Origin: Vicinamibacterales bacterium
GTDB taxonomy: Bacteria > Acidobacteriota > Vicinamibacteria > Vicinamibacterales > UBA8438
NCBI GenBank assembly: GCA_965237405.1
Contig: OZ250139.1
Location: 2,565,661-2,629,660, forward strand
Direction of reading: 5' to 3'
DNA: 64,000 bases
Part shown: one piece after another, positions 49,594-64,000 of the stretch
How the letters are laid out: every line of letters begins with the position of its first letter
Numbering within the stretch: position 1 is the first letter of the stretch
The notes under the pieces: model-generated
The model's input: the letters and a program-made list of their open reading frames with translations, nothing else
What the model was told of the DNA's origin: nothing
Databases searched by the model: none
Position numbers and translations under genes: made by a program

Positions 49594-50781
49594 TTACTCA
49601 ATGATCTCCGTAATCGTCCCCGAGCCCACCGTACGGCCGCCTTCCCGAATCGCAAACCGCAAGCCCTTTTCCAGCGCCACTGGCGTGATTAACTCCACCG
49701 TCACCGTCACGTTGTCCCCGGGCATCACCATCTCCACCCCGTCCGGCAGGTTTGACACCCCTGTCACGTCCGTCGTCCGTAAGTAAAACTGCGGCCGATA
49801 CCCGTTGAAAAACGGCGTGTGTCGCCCGCCTTCCTCCTTCGTCAGCACATACACCTGTCCCTTGAACTTCGTGTGCGGCGTCATTGACGCCGGCTTCGCC
49901 AGTACCTGCCCCCGCTCCACGTCGTCCTTCTCCGTCCCTCGCAACAGCACGCCGACGTTGTCCCCCGCCACCCCTTCATCCAGCAGCTTCCGGAACATCT
50001 CCACGCCCGTCACGACCTTCTTTTGCGTCGGTGTAAACCCGACAATCTCAATCTCCTCACCCACCGTCACTTTGCCACGCTCCACCCGGCCCGTCACCAC
50101 CGTGCCTCGGCCCGAGATCGAAAACACGTCCTCAATCGGCATCAAAAACGGCTGATCCACGTCCCGCTCCGGCAACGGCACATAGTCATCCACCGCCACC
50201 ATTAGTTCGTCAATCGACTTCTCGCCGTCCGCGTCCCCCTCCAGCGCCTTAAGCGCCGACCCCTTTACCACCGGAATGTCGTCGCCCGGGAATTCATACA
50301 TACTCAGTAGCTCCCGCACCTCCAGCTCGACTAATTCCAACAGCTCCGGGTCGTCCACCATGTCCACTTTGTTCAAAAACACCACCAGCGACGGCACCCC
50401 CACCTGCCGCGCCAGCAAGATGTGCTCCCGTGTCTGCGGCATCGGCCCGTCCGTCGCCGCCACCACTAGGATCCCCCCGTCCATCTGCGCCGCACCCGTA
50501 ATCATGTTCTTGATGTAGTCCGCGTGCCCCGGACAGTCCACGTGTGCATAGTGCCGGTTCGCCGTCGTGTATTCCACGTGCGCCGTCGCAATCGTGATCC
50601 CCCGCTCGCGTTCCTCCGGCGCGTTGTCAATCGAGTCAAACGACCGCACCGTATTTGTCGCGTCGTGCTTCGCCATCACCGATGTAATCGCCGCCGTCAA
50701 CGTCGTCTTCCCATGGTCAATGTGCCCAATCGTTCCTATGTTGACGTGTGGCTTCGACCGATCAAATTTCTCTTTCGCCAT
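49594..50781 (-). CDS. tuf: Elongation factor Tu
   Basis: [44 protein letters not shown]. 395 aa. Confidence 0.98.
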   Translation of the reverse strand: MAKEKFDRSKPHVNIGTIGHIDHGKTTLTAAITSVMAKHDATNTVRSFDSIDNAPEERERGITIATAHVEYTTANRHYAHVDCPGHADYIKNMITGAAQMDGGILVVAATDGPMPQTREHILLARQVGVPSLVVFLNKVDMVDDPELLELVELEVRELLSMYEFPGDDIPVVKGSALKALEGDADGEKSIDELMVAVDDYVPLPERDVDQPFLMPIEDVFSISGRGTVVTGRVERGKVTVGEEIEIVGFTPTQKKVVTGVEMFRKLLDEGVAGDNVGVLLRGTEKDDVERGQVLAKPASMTPHTKFKGQVYVLTKEEGGRHTPFFNGYRPQFYLRTTDVTGVSNLPDGVEMVMPGDNVTVTVELITPVALEKGLRFAIREGGRTVGSGTITEIIE

Positions 50782-50793
50782 CGTTAGCGCCCC

Positions 50794-52899
50794 TCACCTA
50801 CCTTGGATACGTGCGACCACCTCGTCGCTCACGGCCTGAGGCATACGCTCGTATCGATCAAAGTGCATAGAATAGGTCGCTCGCCCCTGGGTTCTCGACC
50901 TCAGATCGGTGGCATAACCAAACATCTCGAATAGCGACACCCGTGCGTCAACGATCTGCGTACCAGCCCTGGCCTCCATCGACCGCACACGACCACGTCG
51001 GGAATTGAGGTCCGTAATGATCTCGCCCATATACTCATCGGGCACAACCACCTCGACCCGCATAATCGGCTCGAGCAACTCGGCACCAGCTTTCCGCGCT
51101 GCCTCACGAAATGCCATTGAGCCCGCCACTTTAAACGCCACTTCGGACGAATCGACCTCATGATATGAACCGTCATAGAGCGACACGCTGACGTCCTCGA
51201 CGGGATACCCCGCCAGCACGCCGGTTGTCATGGCTTCTCGAATTCCCTGTTCCACCGGCTTGATGTACTCCCGCGGAATCGCGCCGCCATGAATATCATT
51301 GACGAACTCGAATCCGTGGCCGGGCTGCCCGGGAATAACACGAATCTTGACATGGGCGTACTGCCCACGGCCGCCAGTCTGCTTAATGAATCTGGCCTCG
51401 GCCTCTGCCGGACGGGTTAGCGTTTCCTTGTAGGCTACCTGGGGTCGGCCAACCGCCGCAGCTACCCCAAACTCACGCTGCAACCGGTCGACGAGAATCT
51501 CCAGATGCAGCTCGCCCATTCCGGAGATGACGACTTGGCCCGTTTCCTCGTTCGTTTGCACCTGAAACGTCGGATCTTCAACGGTGAACTTAGCGAGCCC
51601 CTGGCCGAGCTTTTGCTGATCGGCCTTAGTCTTCGGCTCAATGGCAAGACTAATCACCGGGTTCGGGAACTCCATCGCCTCAAGCACGATCGGGTGCTGC
51701 TCGTCACAAATGGTATCGCCTGTGCCCACGCTCTTGAGCCCAATTGCGGCGGCGATATCACCCGCATACACCTGCTTAATTTCCTCGCGCTTGTTCGCGT
51801 GCATTTTCAGCAGACGTCCGACGCGCTCGCTCCGCTGTCGGACCGGGTTATAGATCGTAGCACCGGACTTCATGACGCCCGAGTAGACTCGGATGAAGGT
51901 CAACTGGCCGACGAAGGCGTCGGACATGACTTTAAACGCCAGCGCGGCGAACGGCGCATCGTCATCGGCTGCGCGCTCGGTTGCCATTTCATCGTCGGCA
52001 TTCGGATCAATTCCAACAATGGGCGGGACGTCCTCGGGCGACGGCAAATAGTCGACCACCGCATCGAGGAGTGGCTGAATTCCCTTGTTCTTGAAGGCTG
52101 ATCCGCACAAGACGGGCACGAAGGGCGCATCTTCGCCAGTCACCGACGCGACGACGCGACGGCGAAGCGCTGCCTTGAGCTCGTCCTCACCAATAGGCTC
52201 GCTGTGAAGATACTTACTAAGCAGATCGTCGTTGACCTCGGCCACCTTTTCAATGAGCTGCTCCCGCAAGGCCATAGCTTGGCCACCCAAAGCCTCGGGA
52301 ATCTCCTCTATGACAGACTCGGCGCCAACAGTTTCGTCGAGATACCTAATCGCTTTCATCGAAACGAGATCCACAACCCCAACAAAACCCTCGTCAGCCC
52401 CGATGGGAAACTGAATCGCTACCGGGTTGGCCTGGAGCTTTGTGCGGATCTGATCGAGCGTGCTAATAAAGTCGGCGCCGACGCGGTCCATCTTGTTCAC
52501 GAAACAGATTCGCGGCACGCGGTACTTGTCGGCCTGGCGCCAAACCGTTTCTGATTGTGGCTCCACACCGCCCACCGCGTCGAACACCGCGACCGCCCCA
52601 TCCAGTACTCGGAGCGACCGCTCGACCTCGGCTGTGAAGTCAACGTGCCCAGGCGTGTCAATAATGTTGATCCGGTGATCGCGCCAGAAACATGTCGTGG
52701 CGGCGGACGTGATCGTAATCCCACGCTCTTGTTCCTGGGCCATCCAGTCCATAACGGCCGTACCATCATGAACCTCACCGAGCTTGTACGTAATACCGGT
52801 GTAGTAGAGGATGCGTTCAGTCGTCGTGGTCTTACCAGCATCGATGTGCGCCATAATGCCGATATTCCGCGTCCGACCGAGAGCAACTTGCCTTGGCAT
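50794..52899 (-). CDS. fusA: Elongation factor G (canonical str-operon copy)
   Basis: [46 protein letters not shown] 52899 is preferred, and the ORF-track upstream extension is rejected. Confidence 0.97.
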   Translation of the reverse strand: MPRQVALGRTRNIGIMAHIDAGKTTTTERILYYTGITYKLGEVHDGTAVMDWMAQEQERGITITSAATTCFWRDHRINIIDTPGHVDFTAEVERSLRVLDGAVAVFDAVGGVEPQSETVWRQADKYRVPRICFVNKMDRVGADFISTLDQIRTKLQANPVAIQFPIGADEGFVGVVDLVSMKAIRYLDETVGAESVIEEIPEALGGQAMALREQLIEKVAEVNDDLLSKYLHSEPIGEDELKAALRRRVVASVTGEDAPFVPVLCGSAFKNKGIQPLLDAVVDYLPSPEDVPPIVGIDPNADDEMATERAADDDAPFAALAFKVMSDAFVGQLTFIRVYSGVMKSGATIYNPVRQRSERVGRLLKMHANKREEIKQVYAGDIAAAIGLKSVGTGDTICDEQHPIVLEAMEFPNPVISLAIEPKTKADQQKLGQGLAKFTVEDPTFQVQTNEETGQVVISGMGELHLEILVDRLQREFGVAAAVGRPQVAYKETLTRPAEAEARFIKQTGGRGQYAHVKIRVIPGQPGHGFEFVNDIHGGAIPREYIKPVEQGIREAMTTGVLAGYPVEDVSVSLYDGSYHEVDSSEVAFKVAGSMAFREAARKAGAELLEPIMRVEVVVPDEYMGEIITDLNSRRGRVRSMEARAGTQIVDARVSLFEMFGYATDLRSRTQGRATYSMHFDRYERMPQAVSDEVVARIQGR

Positions 52900-52976
52900 G
52901 ATGTCCGACTTTCGTGACCCAACCTCCACCGGTTGCCGCGATTCGACCGAGAGCTCAGTAGTCATCGACATCGGGC

Positions 52977-53450
52977 CTACCATCGATAGTGGGCGAAGGC
53001 CTTATTCGCTTCCGCCATCCGATGCGTGTCTTCACGCTTCTTGACCGACCCGCCCCGTAAGTTCGATGCATCGATAAGCTCGTTTGCCAGTTTTTCGCTC
53101 ATAGTCCTGCCGTCACCACGACCACGCGCGTAGCCCGTCAGCCAGCGAATGCTCAGTGAGAGGCGACGATTCTGGTTCACCTCAATCGGCACCTGGTAGT
53201 TCGATCCACCGACCCTGCGAGACTTGACCTCCAAACTCGGCTTCGTATTATCGACCGCCTTCTTGAAGATTTTCAGCGGGTCATCACCGGTGCGCTGCTT
53301 GATGATGTCAAGACTGCCGTACATAATGCCCTCTGCGACGCTTCGTTTCCCTCCTCGCATCAACATACGCACGAACTTCGTCACAAGAGTGCTAGCGTAG
53401 ATCGCATCCGCCGGAACCTCGCGCTTCGGAACCTCGCGTCGACGTGGCAT
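52977..53450 (-). CDS. rpsG: 30S ribosomal protein S7
   Basis: [18 protein letters not shown]...AHYRW. Confidence 0.96.
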   Translation of the reverse strand: MPRRREVPKREVPADAIYASTLVTKFVRMLMRGGKRSVAEGIMYGSLDIIKQRTGDDPLKIFKKAVDNTKPSLEVKSRRVGGSNYQVPIEVNQNRRLSLSIRWLTGYARGRGDGRTMSEKLANELIDASNLRGGSVKKREDTHRMAEANKAFAHYRW

Positions 53451-53495
53451 ACAGTGCTTCCTCTCGAGCCTACCTTCTGAGCTCCAGGGGCTCTG

Positions 53496-53870
53496 TTATC
53501 CTTTTGGGCGTTTCGCGCCGTATTTCGATCGCCCCTGCCGGCGATTCTGAACCCCGACAGTGTCGAGCGTCCCACGCACCACGTGATAGCGAACACCTGG
53601 CAGATCCTTGACGCGACCCCCTCGAATCAGCACCAGTGAGTGCTCCTGAAGGTTATGGCCTTCGCCCGGAATGTAGCTCGTCACTTCGATGCCGTTCGTC
53701 AGGCGGACACGAGCGACCTTGCGGAGCGCAGAGTTCGGCTTCTTAGGAGTTTGTGTGAACACTCGAACACAAACCCCCCGCTTCTGCGGACACCGCTGCA
53801 GCGCCGGGCTCTTCGTCTTGCTAAGCACCCGTTGCCGACCATGGCGAACTAGTTGGCTGATCGTTGGCAA
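53496..53870 (-). CDS. rpsL: 30S ribosomal protein S12
   Basis: (M)[12 protein letters not shown]...[21 protein letters not shown] start at 53870 with GGAG 6 nt upstream. The ORF-track upstream extension is rejected. Confidence 0.95.
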   Translation of the reverse strand: MPTISQLVRHGRQRVLSKTKSPALQRCPQKRGVCVRVFTQTPKKPNSALRKVARVRLTNGIEVTSYIPGEGHNLQEHSLVLIRGGRVKDLPGVRYHVVRGTLDTVGVQNRRQGRSKYGAKRPKG

Positions 53871-54090
53871 GAACGACTCCTCACCCGTAAGACCACGTCT
53901 CACGCAAAGCCGCGTATTCGGACGTGGCAAAAATATGCCCAGGCCTAGAAGCCGTCCCAGCACCGAGACCGACTTGGCACCTGTGGCCAGATTGACCCTA
54001 TTTCGTTATGCGCGTCGTGCAGGCGATCCGCGACGATTGCCCGGATCCCACTAGCTTGGAAAGGAACACGACAGTGGCCCTTTCGGACGG

Positions 54091-54131
54091 GTCGGAACTA
54101 GATAGGGTTTCCCAGTTCCGACAAAACCCTA
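54091..54131. other. Two interleaved, mutually exclusive perfect stems downstream of rpoC
   Basis: GTCGGAACT (54091-99) pairs with AGTTCCGAC (54114-22). TAGGGTTT (54103-10) pairs with AAACCCTA (54124-31). Confidence 0.4.
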
Positions 54132-54179
54132 AGACACTATCATAGAAGCCCATAGCGAGGCAACCATCTTTCTCTTAAC

Positions 54180-57100
54180 CTATTGGCTCTCAACGGGTTC
54201 TTTGTCCGGCCTACCTATCCTCTCCTCCGAATTAACAAAGTACTCCGTTTCCCCCGGCAGTTCGAGATCGTCAAACGACAGCGGTGGTGGTGGCTCATCC
54301 GGCTCAATCTTGACCCTCTTGTAGTAGTGGAACCCTGTCCCAGCGGGAACGAGCCGCCCCATTGTGACGTTTTCCTTGAGACCTCGCAGGTGGTCGACTT
54401 TACCCGAGATCGACGCCTCGGTTAGTACCCGAGTCGTCTCTTGGAACGAGGCGGCTGAGATAAACGATTCCGTGGACAGCGATGCCTTCGTGATCCCTAG
54501 CAGCAACGGACGACCTGTGGCGGGGCGCCCTCCATCCTCAATGATCCGTTCGTTCTCTTCTGTAAACCGGACCTTGTCGACTTGCTCGTCAACCAGAAAC
54601 TCGGTGTCACCGACGTCCTCAACCTTCACCCAACGCATCATCTGGCGGACAATTACCTCAATGTGCTTGTCGTTGATGTTGACCCCCTGCAGACGATAGA
54701 CCTCCTGGATTTCGTTCACCAGATAGCTATGAAGTGCCTTCTCGCCCAGAACGCTCAGAATGTCATGCGGATTACTCGGCCCGTCCATCAGGGGCTCACC
54801 AGCCCGCACCTGATCACCGTCCTGGACATTGACATGGACCCCGCGTGGCAAGGAGTACTCCCGGGGTTCCGCTACCTCTTCGTCCGGAACGATGATTATC
54901 TTACGCATTCCTTTGACGATACCGCCGTACTTGACCGTTCCGTCAATCTCGCTAATGACCGCAGTCTCGCGTGGCTTGCGAGCCTCAAACAACTCGACGA
55001 TCCTCGGCAAACCACCAGTGATGTCTTTGGTCTTCGTCGTCTCGCGAGGGATCTTGGCAAGGATGTAACCGCCGTCGACGTCCTCACCGTCGGCCACCAT
55101 CAGATGCGCATGGGACGGCATATGGTACTTCCGTACGACCTTGCCGTGTTTGTTACGAATCTCGATCGTGGGCTGCTTCTTCTCGTCGGCCGAATCAACG
55201 ATGATCAGCCGCATCAAGCCCGTAACCCCGTCGACTTCCTCGTGAACCGTCATGCCCTGAATGATGTCCTTGAACCGAACCGTCCCCTTCTCCTCGGTCA
55301 ATATCGAAAACGTGTACGGATCCCACTCCACCAGCGTCTGTCCGGGCTCCACCTGTTGACCATCGCGGACAAGTAAGTGAGCCCCGTAGACCAAGGCGTA
55401 GCGTTCCCGGTCACGGCCCTTTTCGTCTTGCACAACAAGCGAAGCAGTCCGGTTCATGACAATCAGGGCGCCATCCTTCTTCGTCACAACCTGCACACCA
55501 TTAAACTTCGCCACGCCGGCGTGTTTGCTCTCCAATCTGGACTGCTCTGAAACCCGCGATGCCGTCCCCCCGATGTGGAACGTCCGCATAGTCAACTGGG
55601 TGCCGGGCTCGCCGATCGACTGTGCCGCAATCACCCCCACTGCCATACCCAACTCAACCAGCCTCCCGATTGACAGATCACGACCGTAGCAGCGTGCGCA
55701 GACACCTCGTCGAGAGGCACAGGTGAGCACCGACCGCATCTTGACATTCTCGATACCCGACTCCTGAATCGTTGATGCCAACTCTTCGCTCATCTCGGTA
55801 TTGGCTTCCGCGATCACCTCGTCCGTAAAGGGATCGCGAATACGTTCAAGCGAAACGCGACCGACGATCCGGTCGCGTAACGATTCGATGATCTCGCCGC
55901 TCTCAACGATGGCGCGCAACTCGATACCATCGAGGGTTCCACAGTCCGTTCGCGAAATAATGACGTCCTGCGCGACGTCGACTAGTCGACGGGTCAGGTA
56001 TCCGGAATCGGCAGTCTTAAGTGCAGTATCAGCAAGACCCTTACGGGCACCATGGGTCGAGATGAAGTACTGCAAAACCGTTAGGCCCTCTCGGAAGTTG
56101 GATGTGATGGGCGTCTCGATGATCTCACCTGACGGCTTGGCCATGAGTCCCCGCATGCCTGCTAGCTGGCGGATTTGCTGCTTGCTCCCTCTGGCGCCAG
56201 AGTCAGCCATGAGGAACACAGGGTTGAATGAACTCCCAGATATATCGGAATCCTGCATTCCACGAAACATCGCGTCGGCGATCTTCTCTGTGACATCCGA
56301 CCAGATTGCGATCACCTTGTTCTTCCGTTCGCCGTTAGTGATGGCACCGTCGAGATACTGTTGCTCGACTCCAACAACATCATCGTTGGCCTGCTTGACG
56401 AGCGCCGCCTTCTCCTGTGGAATCACGAGGTCATCGATCCCGATCGAAATTCCCGACTTCGTTGCATAGTAGAAGCCGAGGTCCTTGAGCCCGTCCAGCA
56501 TCGACACGGTCGGCTTGATTCCGTAACGCATGTGGCTGTACTGAACGAGCTGTTGTAACGCTTTTTTCTTCAACAAACCGTTCACGAACGGAATCCCGTC
56601 AGGCAGCGACATATTGAAAATTACCCGTCCGACGGTTGTGTTCACGATTTTTCGGTCAAGGGTCTCGACGACGGTATGTAGTACGTCCTGGTCATCCCGG
56701 CTCGTCGTCAGATCCATGAACTCACCGCTGAGCCGAAGCCGAATCGCTGTCAGCGTCTCCACGTCCCCGGCTTCAAGCGCTAGCACCACATCGTTGCTAT
56801 CCCCAAACAATCGATCTTCTCCCGTGGCGCCGGTCTTGACCTTCGTGAGGTAGTAGCATCCGAGCACGATGTCCTGTGACGGAACGGTGATGGGGGCGCC
56901 GTTCGATGGAGACATGATGTTGTCCGACGACATCATCAGCACCGAAGCCTCAATTTGAGCCTCTGGCGATAGGGGTACGTGGACCGCCATCTGATCGCCG
57001 TCAAAGTCGGCGTTGAAAGCAGTACAGACAAGCGGATGAATACGAATCGCCTTCCCCTCGACGAGGACGGGTTCAAACGCCTGGATTCCGAGGCGGTGCA

Positions 57101-58379
57101 GGGTGGGCGCTCGGTTGAGCAGAACTGGGTGCTTGCGTATGACCTCCTCTAGGATGTCCCAGACCTCGGGGTCATTCTGTTCGACCATCTCCTTCGCTTG
57201 CTTGATCGTCGCGACCAGACCTCGTTCCTCGAGCCTGTTGTAGATAAACGGTTTAAACAGCTCGAGCGCCATCTTCTTTGGTAAACCACACTGGTTGAGC
57301 TTCAACTCGGGCCCCACCACGATTACCGACCGTCCCGAGTAGTCAACCCGCTTTCCGAGTAGGTTCTGCCTGAACCGCCCCTGCTTACCCTTGAGCGTGT
57401 CAGACAGCGATTTCAGAGGTCGGTTGTTCGCACCCCGTAGAACGCGACCCCTCCGGCCGTTATCAAACAACGCATCCACCGATTCCTGCAACATTCGCTT
57501 TTCATTGCGAATGATCACGTCCGGCGCCTTTAGCTCCATCAGCTTCTTGAGACGATTGTTCCGGTTGATCACCCGTCGATACAAGTCGTTGAGGTCGGAC
57601 GTCGCGAACCGTCCACCGTCGAGGGGCACGAGCGGTCGAAGCTCTGGCGGGATAACGGGAACGACGTCAAGAATCATCCACTCGGGCCGATTAGTCGACC
57701 GGCGAAACAAATCGACAACCTTGAGCCGCTTGGCGAATTTCAGCGTCTTCTGCACCGATGTTTCGGTGCGCATCTTAATCCGAAGCTCAGTCGATAGTTC
57801 CTCGATGTCAACCTGCTTGAGTAGCTCCTTGATGGCCTCCGCACCCATCTTGGCACGAAACTTCCCGCCAAACTCTTCGCGGGCCTTTCGATACTGCTCT
57901 TCCGTCAGTAGCTGGTTCTCCTTAAACTCCGTATCACCGGGATCGATGACCACGTAAGCCTCGAAATAGAGCACTCGCTCGAGCTCGCGCAGTGAGATGT
58001 CGAGCAGGTGCCCAATCCGGCTCGGGAGCCCCTTAAAGAACCAGACATGGCTGACCGGCGTAGCCAACCTGATGTGTCCAAGACGCTCCCGACGGACTTT
58101 TGCCTGCGTGACCTCCACGCCGCACTTGTCGCAAATGACGCCCCGGTGCTTCATCCGCTTGTACTTGCCGCATAGACACTCCCAATCAGAGACAGGGCCA
58201 AAAATCTTGGCGCAGAATAGTCCGTCTCGCTCGGGCTTGAAGGTGCGATAGTTGATCGTCTCCGGCTTGGTCACCTCGCCGTGAGACCACGACAGGATCT
58301 TCTCGGGCGAAGCGATACTGATCCGTATCGCGTCGAAGTCCACGGTCAACGAAGGCCGTTCGTTGTAGCTTGGTCGCAT
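54180..58379 (-). CDS. rpoC: DNA-directed RNA polymerase subunit beta'
   Basis: 1399 aa. Zn-binding [23 protein letters not shown] and catalytic NADFDGDQM. Confidence 0.98.
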   Translation of the reverse strand: MRPSYNERPSLTVDFDAIRISIASPEKILSWSHGEVTKPETINYRTFKPERDGLFCAKIFGPVSDWECLCGKYKRMKHRGVICDKCGVEVTQAKVRRERLGHIRLATPVSHVWFFKGLPSRIGHLLDISLRELERVLYFEAYVVIDPGDTEFKENQLLTEEQYRKAREEFGGKFRAKMGAEAIKELLKQVDIEELSTELRIKMRTETSVQKTLKFAKRLKVVDLFRRSTNRPEWMILDVVPVIPPELRPLVPLDGGRFATSDLNDLYRRVINRNNRLKKLMELKAPDVIIRNEKRMLQESVDALFDNGRRGRVLRGANNRPLKSLSDTLKGKQGRFRQNLLGKRVDYSGRSVIVVGPELKLNQCGLPKKMALELFKPFIYNRLEERGLVATIKQAKEMVEQNDPEVWDILEEVIRKHPVLLNRAPTLHRLGIQAFEPVLVEGKAIRIHPLVCTAFNADFDGDQMAVHVPLSPEAQIEASVLMMSSDNIMSPSNGAPITVPSQDIVLGCYYLTKVKTGATGEDRLFGDSNDVVLALEAGDVETLTAIRLRLSGEFMDLTTSRDDQDVLHTVVETLDRKIVNTTVGRVIFNMSLPDGIPFVNGLLKKKALQQLVQYSHMRYGIKPTVSMLDGLKDLGFYYATKSGISIGIDDLVIPQEKAALVKQANDDVVGVEQQYLDGAITNGERKNKVIAIWSDVTEKIADAMFRGMQDSDISGSSFNPVFLMADSGARGSKQQIRQLAGMRGLMAKPSGEIIETPITSNFREGLTVLQYFISTHGARKGLADTALKTADSGYLTRRLVDVAQDVIISRTDCGTLDGIELRAIVESGEIIESLRDRIVGRVSLERIRDPFTDEVIAEANTEMSEELASTIQESGIENVKMRSVLTCASRRGVCARCYGRDLSIGRLVELGMAVGVIAAQSIGEPGTQLTMRTFHIGGTASRVSEQSRLESKHAGVAKFNGVQVVTKKDGALIVMNRTASLVVQDEKGRDRERYALVYGAHLLVRDGQQVEPGQTLVEWDPYTFSILTEEKGTVRFKDIIQGMTVHEEVDGVTGLMRLIIVDSADEKKQPTIEIRNKHGKVVRKYHMPSHAHLMVADGEDVDGGYILAKIPRETTKTKDITGGLPRIVELFEARKPRETAVISEIDGTVKYGGIVKGMRKIIIVPDEEVAEPREYSLPRGVHVNVQDGDQVRAGEPLMDGPSNPHDILSVLGEKALHSYLVNEIQEVYRLQGVNINDKHIEVIVRQMMRWVKVEDVGDTEFLVDEQVDKVRFTEENERIIEDGGRPATGRPLLLGITKASLSTESFISAASFQETTRVLTEASISGKVDHLRGLKENVTMGRLVPAGTGFHYYKRVKIEPDEPPPPLSFDDLELPGETEYFVNSEERIGRPDKEPVESQ

Positions 58380-58400
58380 GACGTTCCTTTCGGTCCCCGC

Positions 58401-62729
<4,329 letters not shown>

Positions 62730-62909
62730 AGTTAAATCCTCGTCCTGATCGGGTGCAGTCGTTATGAGTGCCGCGTGCAACGTGCAACAACGAATCGCCT
62801 GTCTCGGTGGGATCTGTTGCCCCCCCATCGAGACGGTGTGCGGAGCTGTGCTTGCAGGGAAACCTCCCACAAGACCAGCAGTGGCCCGGGGCACGCCTTG
62901 GCCCGGATG

Positions 62910-63299
62910 CTACTTGATTTCAACCTTTGCGCCGACTTCCACGAACTTCTTCTCAATCGCTTCAGCCTCGTCCTTTGGGATCGCTTCCTTAACCGGCTTC
63001 GGGGCCGCCTCGACCAAGTCCTTGGCTTCCTTCAACCCAAGACTGGTGACCTCACGAACGACCTTGATAACGTTGATCTTTTTGGCACCAACGTCAGTGA
63101 GCGTGACGGTGAACTCGGTCTGCTCCTCCTCAGCGGCTGCACCACCAGCAGCCGCGACGGCTCCGGCCGTCACCATGGGCATCGCGGCTGCCGCCGAAAC
63201 GCCCAACTCCTCTTCCAAGGTCTTGACGAGCTGAGACAACTCAAGCACCGAAATCCCCTTGATATACTCGACGATTTGTTCCTGGGTCACATCGGACAT
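62910..63299 (-). CDS. rplL: 50S ribosomal protein L7/L12
   Basis: 129 aa with an Ala-rich hinge. C-terminus [27 protein letters not shown]. Confidence 0.96.
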   Translation of the reverse strand: MSDVTQEQIVEYIKGISVLELSQLVKTLEEELGVSAAAAMPMVTAGAVAAAGGAAAEEEQTEFTVTLTDVGAKKINVIKVVREVTSLGLKEAKDLVEAAPKPVKEAIPKDEAEAIEKKFVEVGAKVEIK

Positions 63300-63327
63300 G
63301 GTTACTCCTCAATGTCTAAAAGGTGGC

Positions 63328-63412
63328 AGGTAGGAGATAGAAGAAAAGCGTTGGCTACTGGGTATGTCTAGCGAGTGGCGACAGCACCCCTGTTTCCTCC
63401 TATCTTCTACCT
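63328..63412 (-). other. Long imperfect hairpin in the rplJ-rplL spacer
   Basis: AGGTAGGAGATAGAAGAAAAG (63328-48) pairs with GTTTCCTCCTATCTTCTACCT (63392-412). Of 21 positions, 17 are Watson-Crick pairs and 1 is a G-T pair. The loop is 43 nt. Confidence 0.45.
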
Positions 63413-63428
63413 CCTATCCCTATTTCTC

Positions 63429-63953
63429 CTATTCCGCTTGCTTCTTCTCCAACTGACTGAGCACGCTCATGAGATCGCGCGGTACCGCGCTCAGGACCCG
63501 GACAAACTGGGTCGCGGGAGCTTGCAGTACCATCAACAACTTGGCATATAGTTCCTCTTTGCTCGGGAGCGATGCCAAGTCCATCACCTCTGCCGGCTCG
63601 ATCGCCCGGCCTTGCACCACGGCAGCCTTAACTTGAATCACTGGCGAGGTTTTAGCAAAACTCACCAAGGTCTTGGCGAGGGCGACTGGATCTTCGCTGC
63701 TGTAGGCGAGCGCGGTGGTCCCGCTGAAGTGTTTTGTCAACGACTCAAACTGTGTGCCCTGGACTGCGCGTCTCGCCAACCGATTCTTCACGACCCGGTA
63801 GCGCCCCGAAGCTGCACGCACTTGCCGACGAAGCTCCGTTGCCTGAGACACGTCAAGCCCCTTAAAGTCGACAACGATCACGTTGTCAACCGCGCTCAAC
63901 TCATCGCCGAGTTGCTTTACCAGCGTTTCCTTAACAGCTCTAGTGACTACCAT
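63429..63953 (-). CDS. rplJ: 50S ribosomal protein L10
   Basis: 174 aa, [39 protein letters not shown]. Confidence 0.95.
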   Translation of the reverse strand: MVVTRAVKETLVKQLGDELSAVDNVIVVDFKGLDVSQATELRRQVRAASGRYRVVKNRLARRAVQGTQFESLTKHFSGTTALAYSSEDPVALAKTLVSFAKTSPVIQVKAAVVQGRAIEPAEVMDLASLPSKEELYAKLLMVLQAPATQFVRVLSAVPRDLMSVLSQLEKKQAE

Positions 63954-64000
63954 GTTCGTTTCTAGCTCGCCACGCCGTACATCCCAGACGGCCGGCTATG

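Noticed and set aside
54091-54131. Interpretation of the interleaved stems downstream of rpoC as a true H-type pseudoknot.
   Set aside because: Connecting loops of 3, 3 and 1 nt cannot span helices of 8 and 9 bp. Alternative, mutually exclusive hairpins are the more defensible reading.
62730-62894. In-frame upstream extensions of real genes in the ORF track: rpoB +55 codons, rpoA +28, rplN +36, rpsL +31, fusA +28, rpsD +12, rpsN +19, pilD +36, tatA +22.
   Set aside because: The family-typical N-termini begin at internal ATG, GTG or TTG codons that are preceded by GGAG-like SD sequences. The extensions run through upstream intergenic or neighbouring-gene sequence and have no homology-like features.

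Overview
GC-rich bacterial chromosomal segment. The gene content looks like a Gram-negative lineage, and the protein sequences resemble Acidobacteriota-like phyla, but that cannot be established from this window. About 85% of it is core information-processing genes. On the + strand, 1-8.7 kb holds the nusA(partial)-infB-DUF503-rbfA-nrnA-truB operon followed by rpsO-pnp. From 8.9 to 22.5 kb come smc, an S41 C-terminal peptidase, tatA-tatC, a multidomain OmpA-family outer-membrane protein, proS, nadB and aroB. The only accessory-looking stretch is 22.5-33.6 kb. It contains a prepilin peptidase, an unassigned 553-bp gap, a VKOR-DsbA fusion, a type IV pilin, a GspF/PilC-like fragment, pyruvoyl arginine decarboxylase, a MacA-like adaptor with two FtsX-type permeases but no ATPase, and an EF-G paralog. 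From 33.6 kb to the window end, one uninterrupted minus-strand ribosomal/RNAP block runs rplJ-rplL-rpoB-rpoC-rpsL-rpsG-fusA-tuf-S10-spc-alpha operons to rplQ. I found no tRNA, rRNA, CRISPR array, transposase or phage gene by eye. I do not see a convincing new multi-gene system. The items most worth a second look are local anomalies: (1) infA in its conserved slot is split by a 1-nt frameshift at a homopolymer and is divergent; (2) an 88-bp imperfect tandem duplication shifts the frame and truncates the 3' end of the adaptor gene; (3) a roughly 60-aa insertion with eight Cys in CxC/CxxC pairs sits in the N-terminal part of RpoB; (4) a 15-codon mini-ORF overlaps three mutually exclusive inverted repeats upstream of the efflux operon; (5) several structured intergenic RNA candidates lie inside the ribosomal block. 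All family calls come from reading motifs in the translations. No database search was run.
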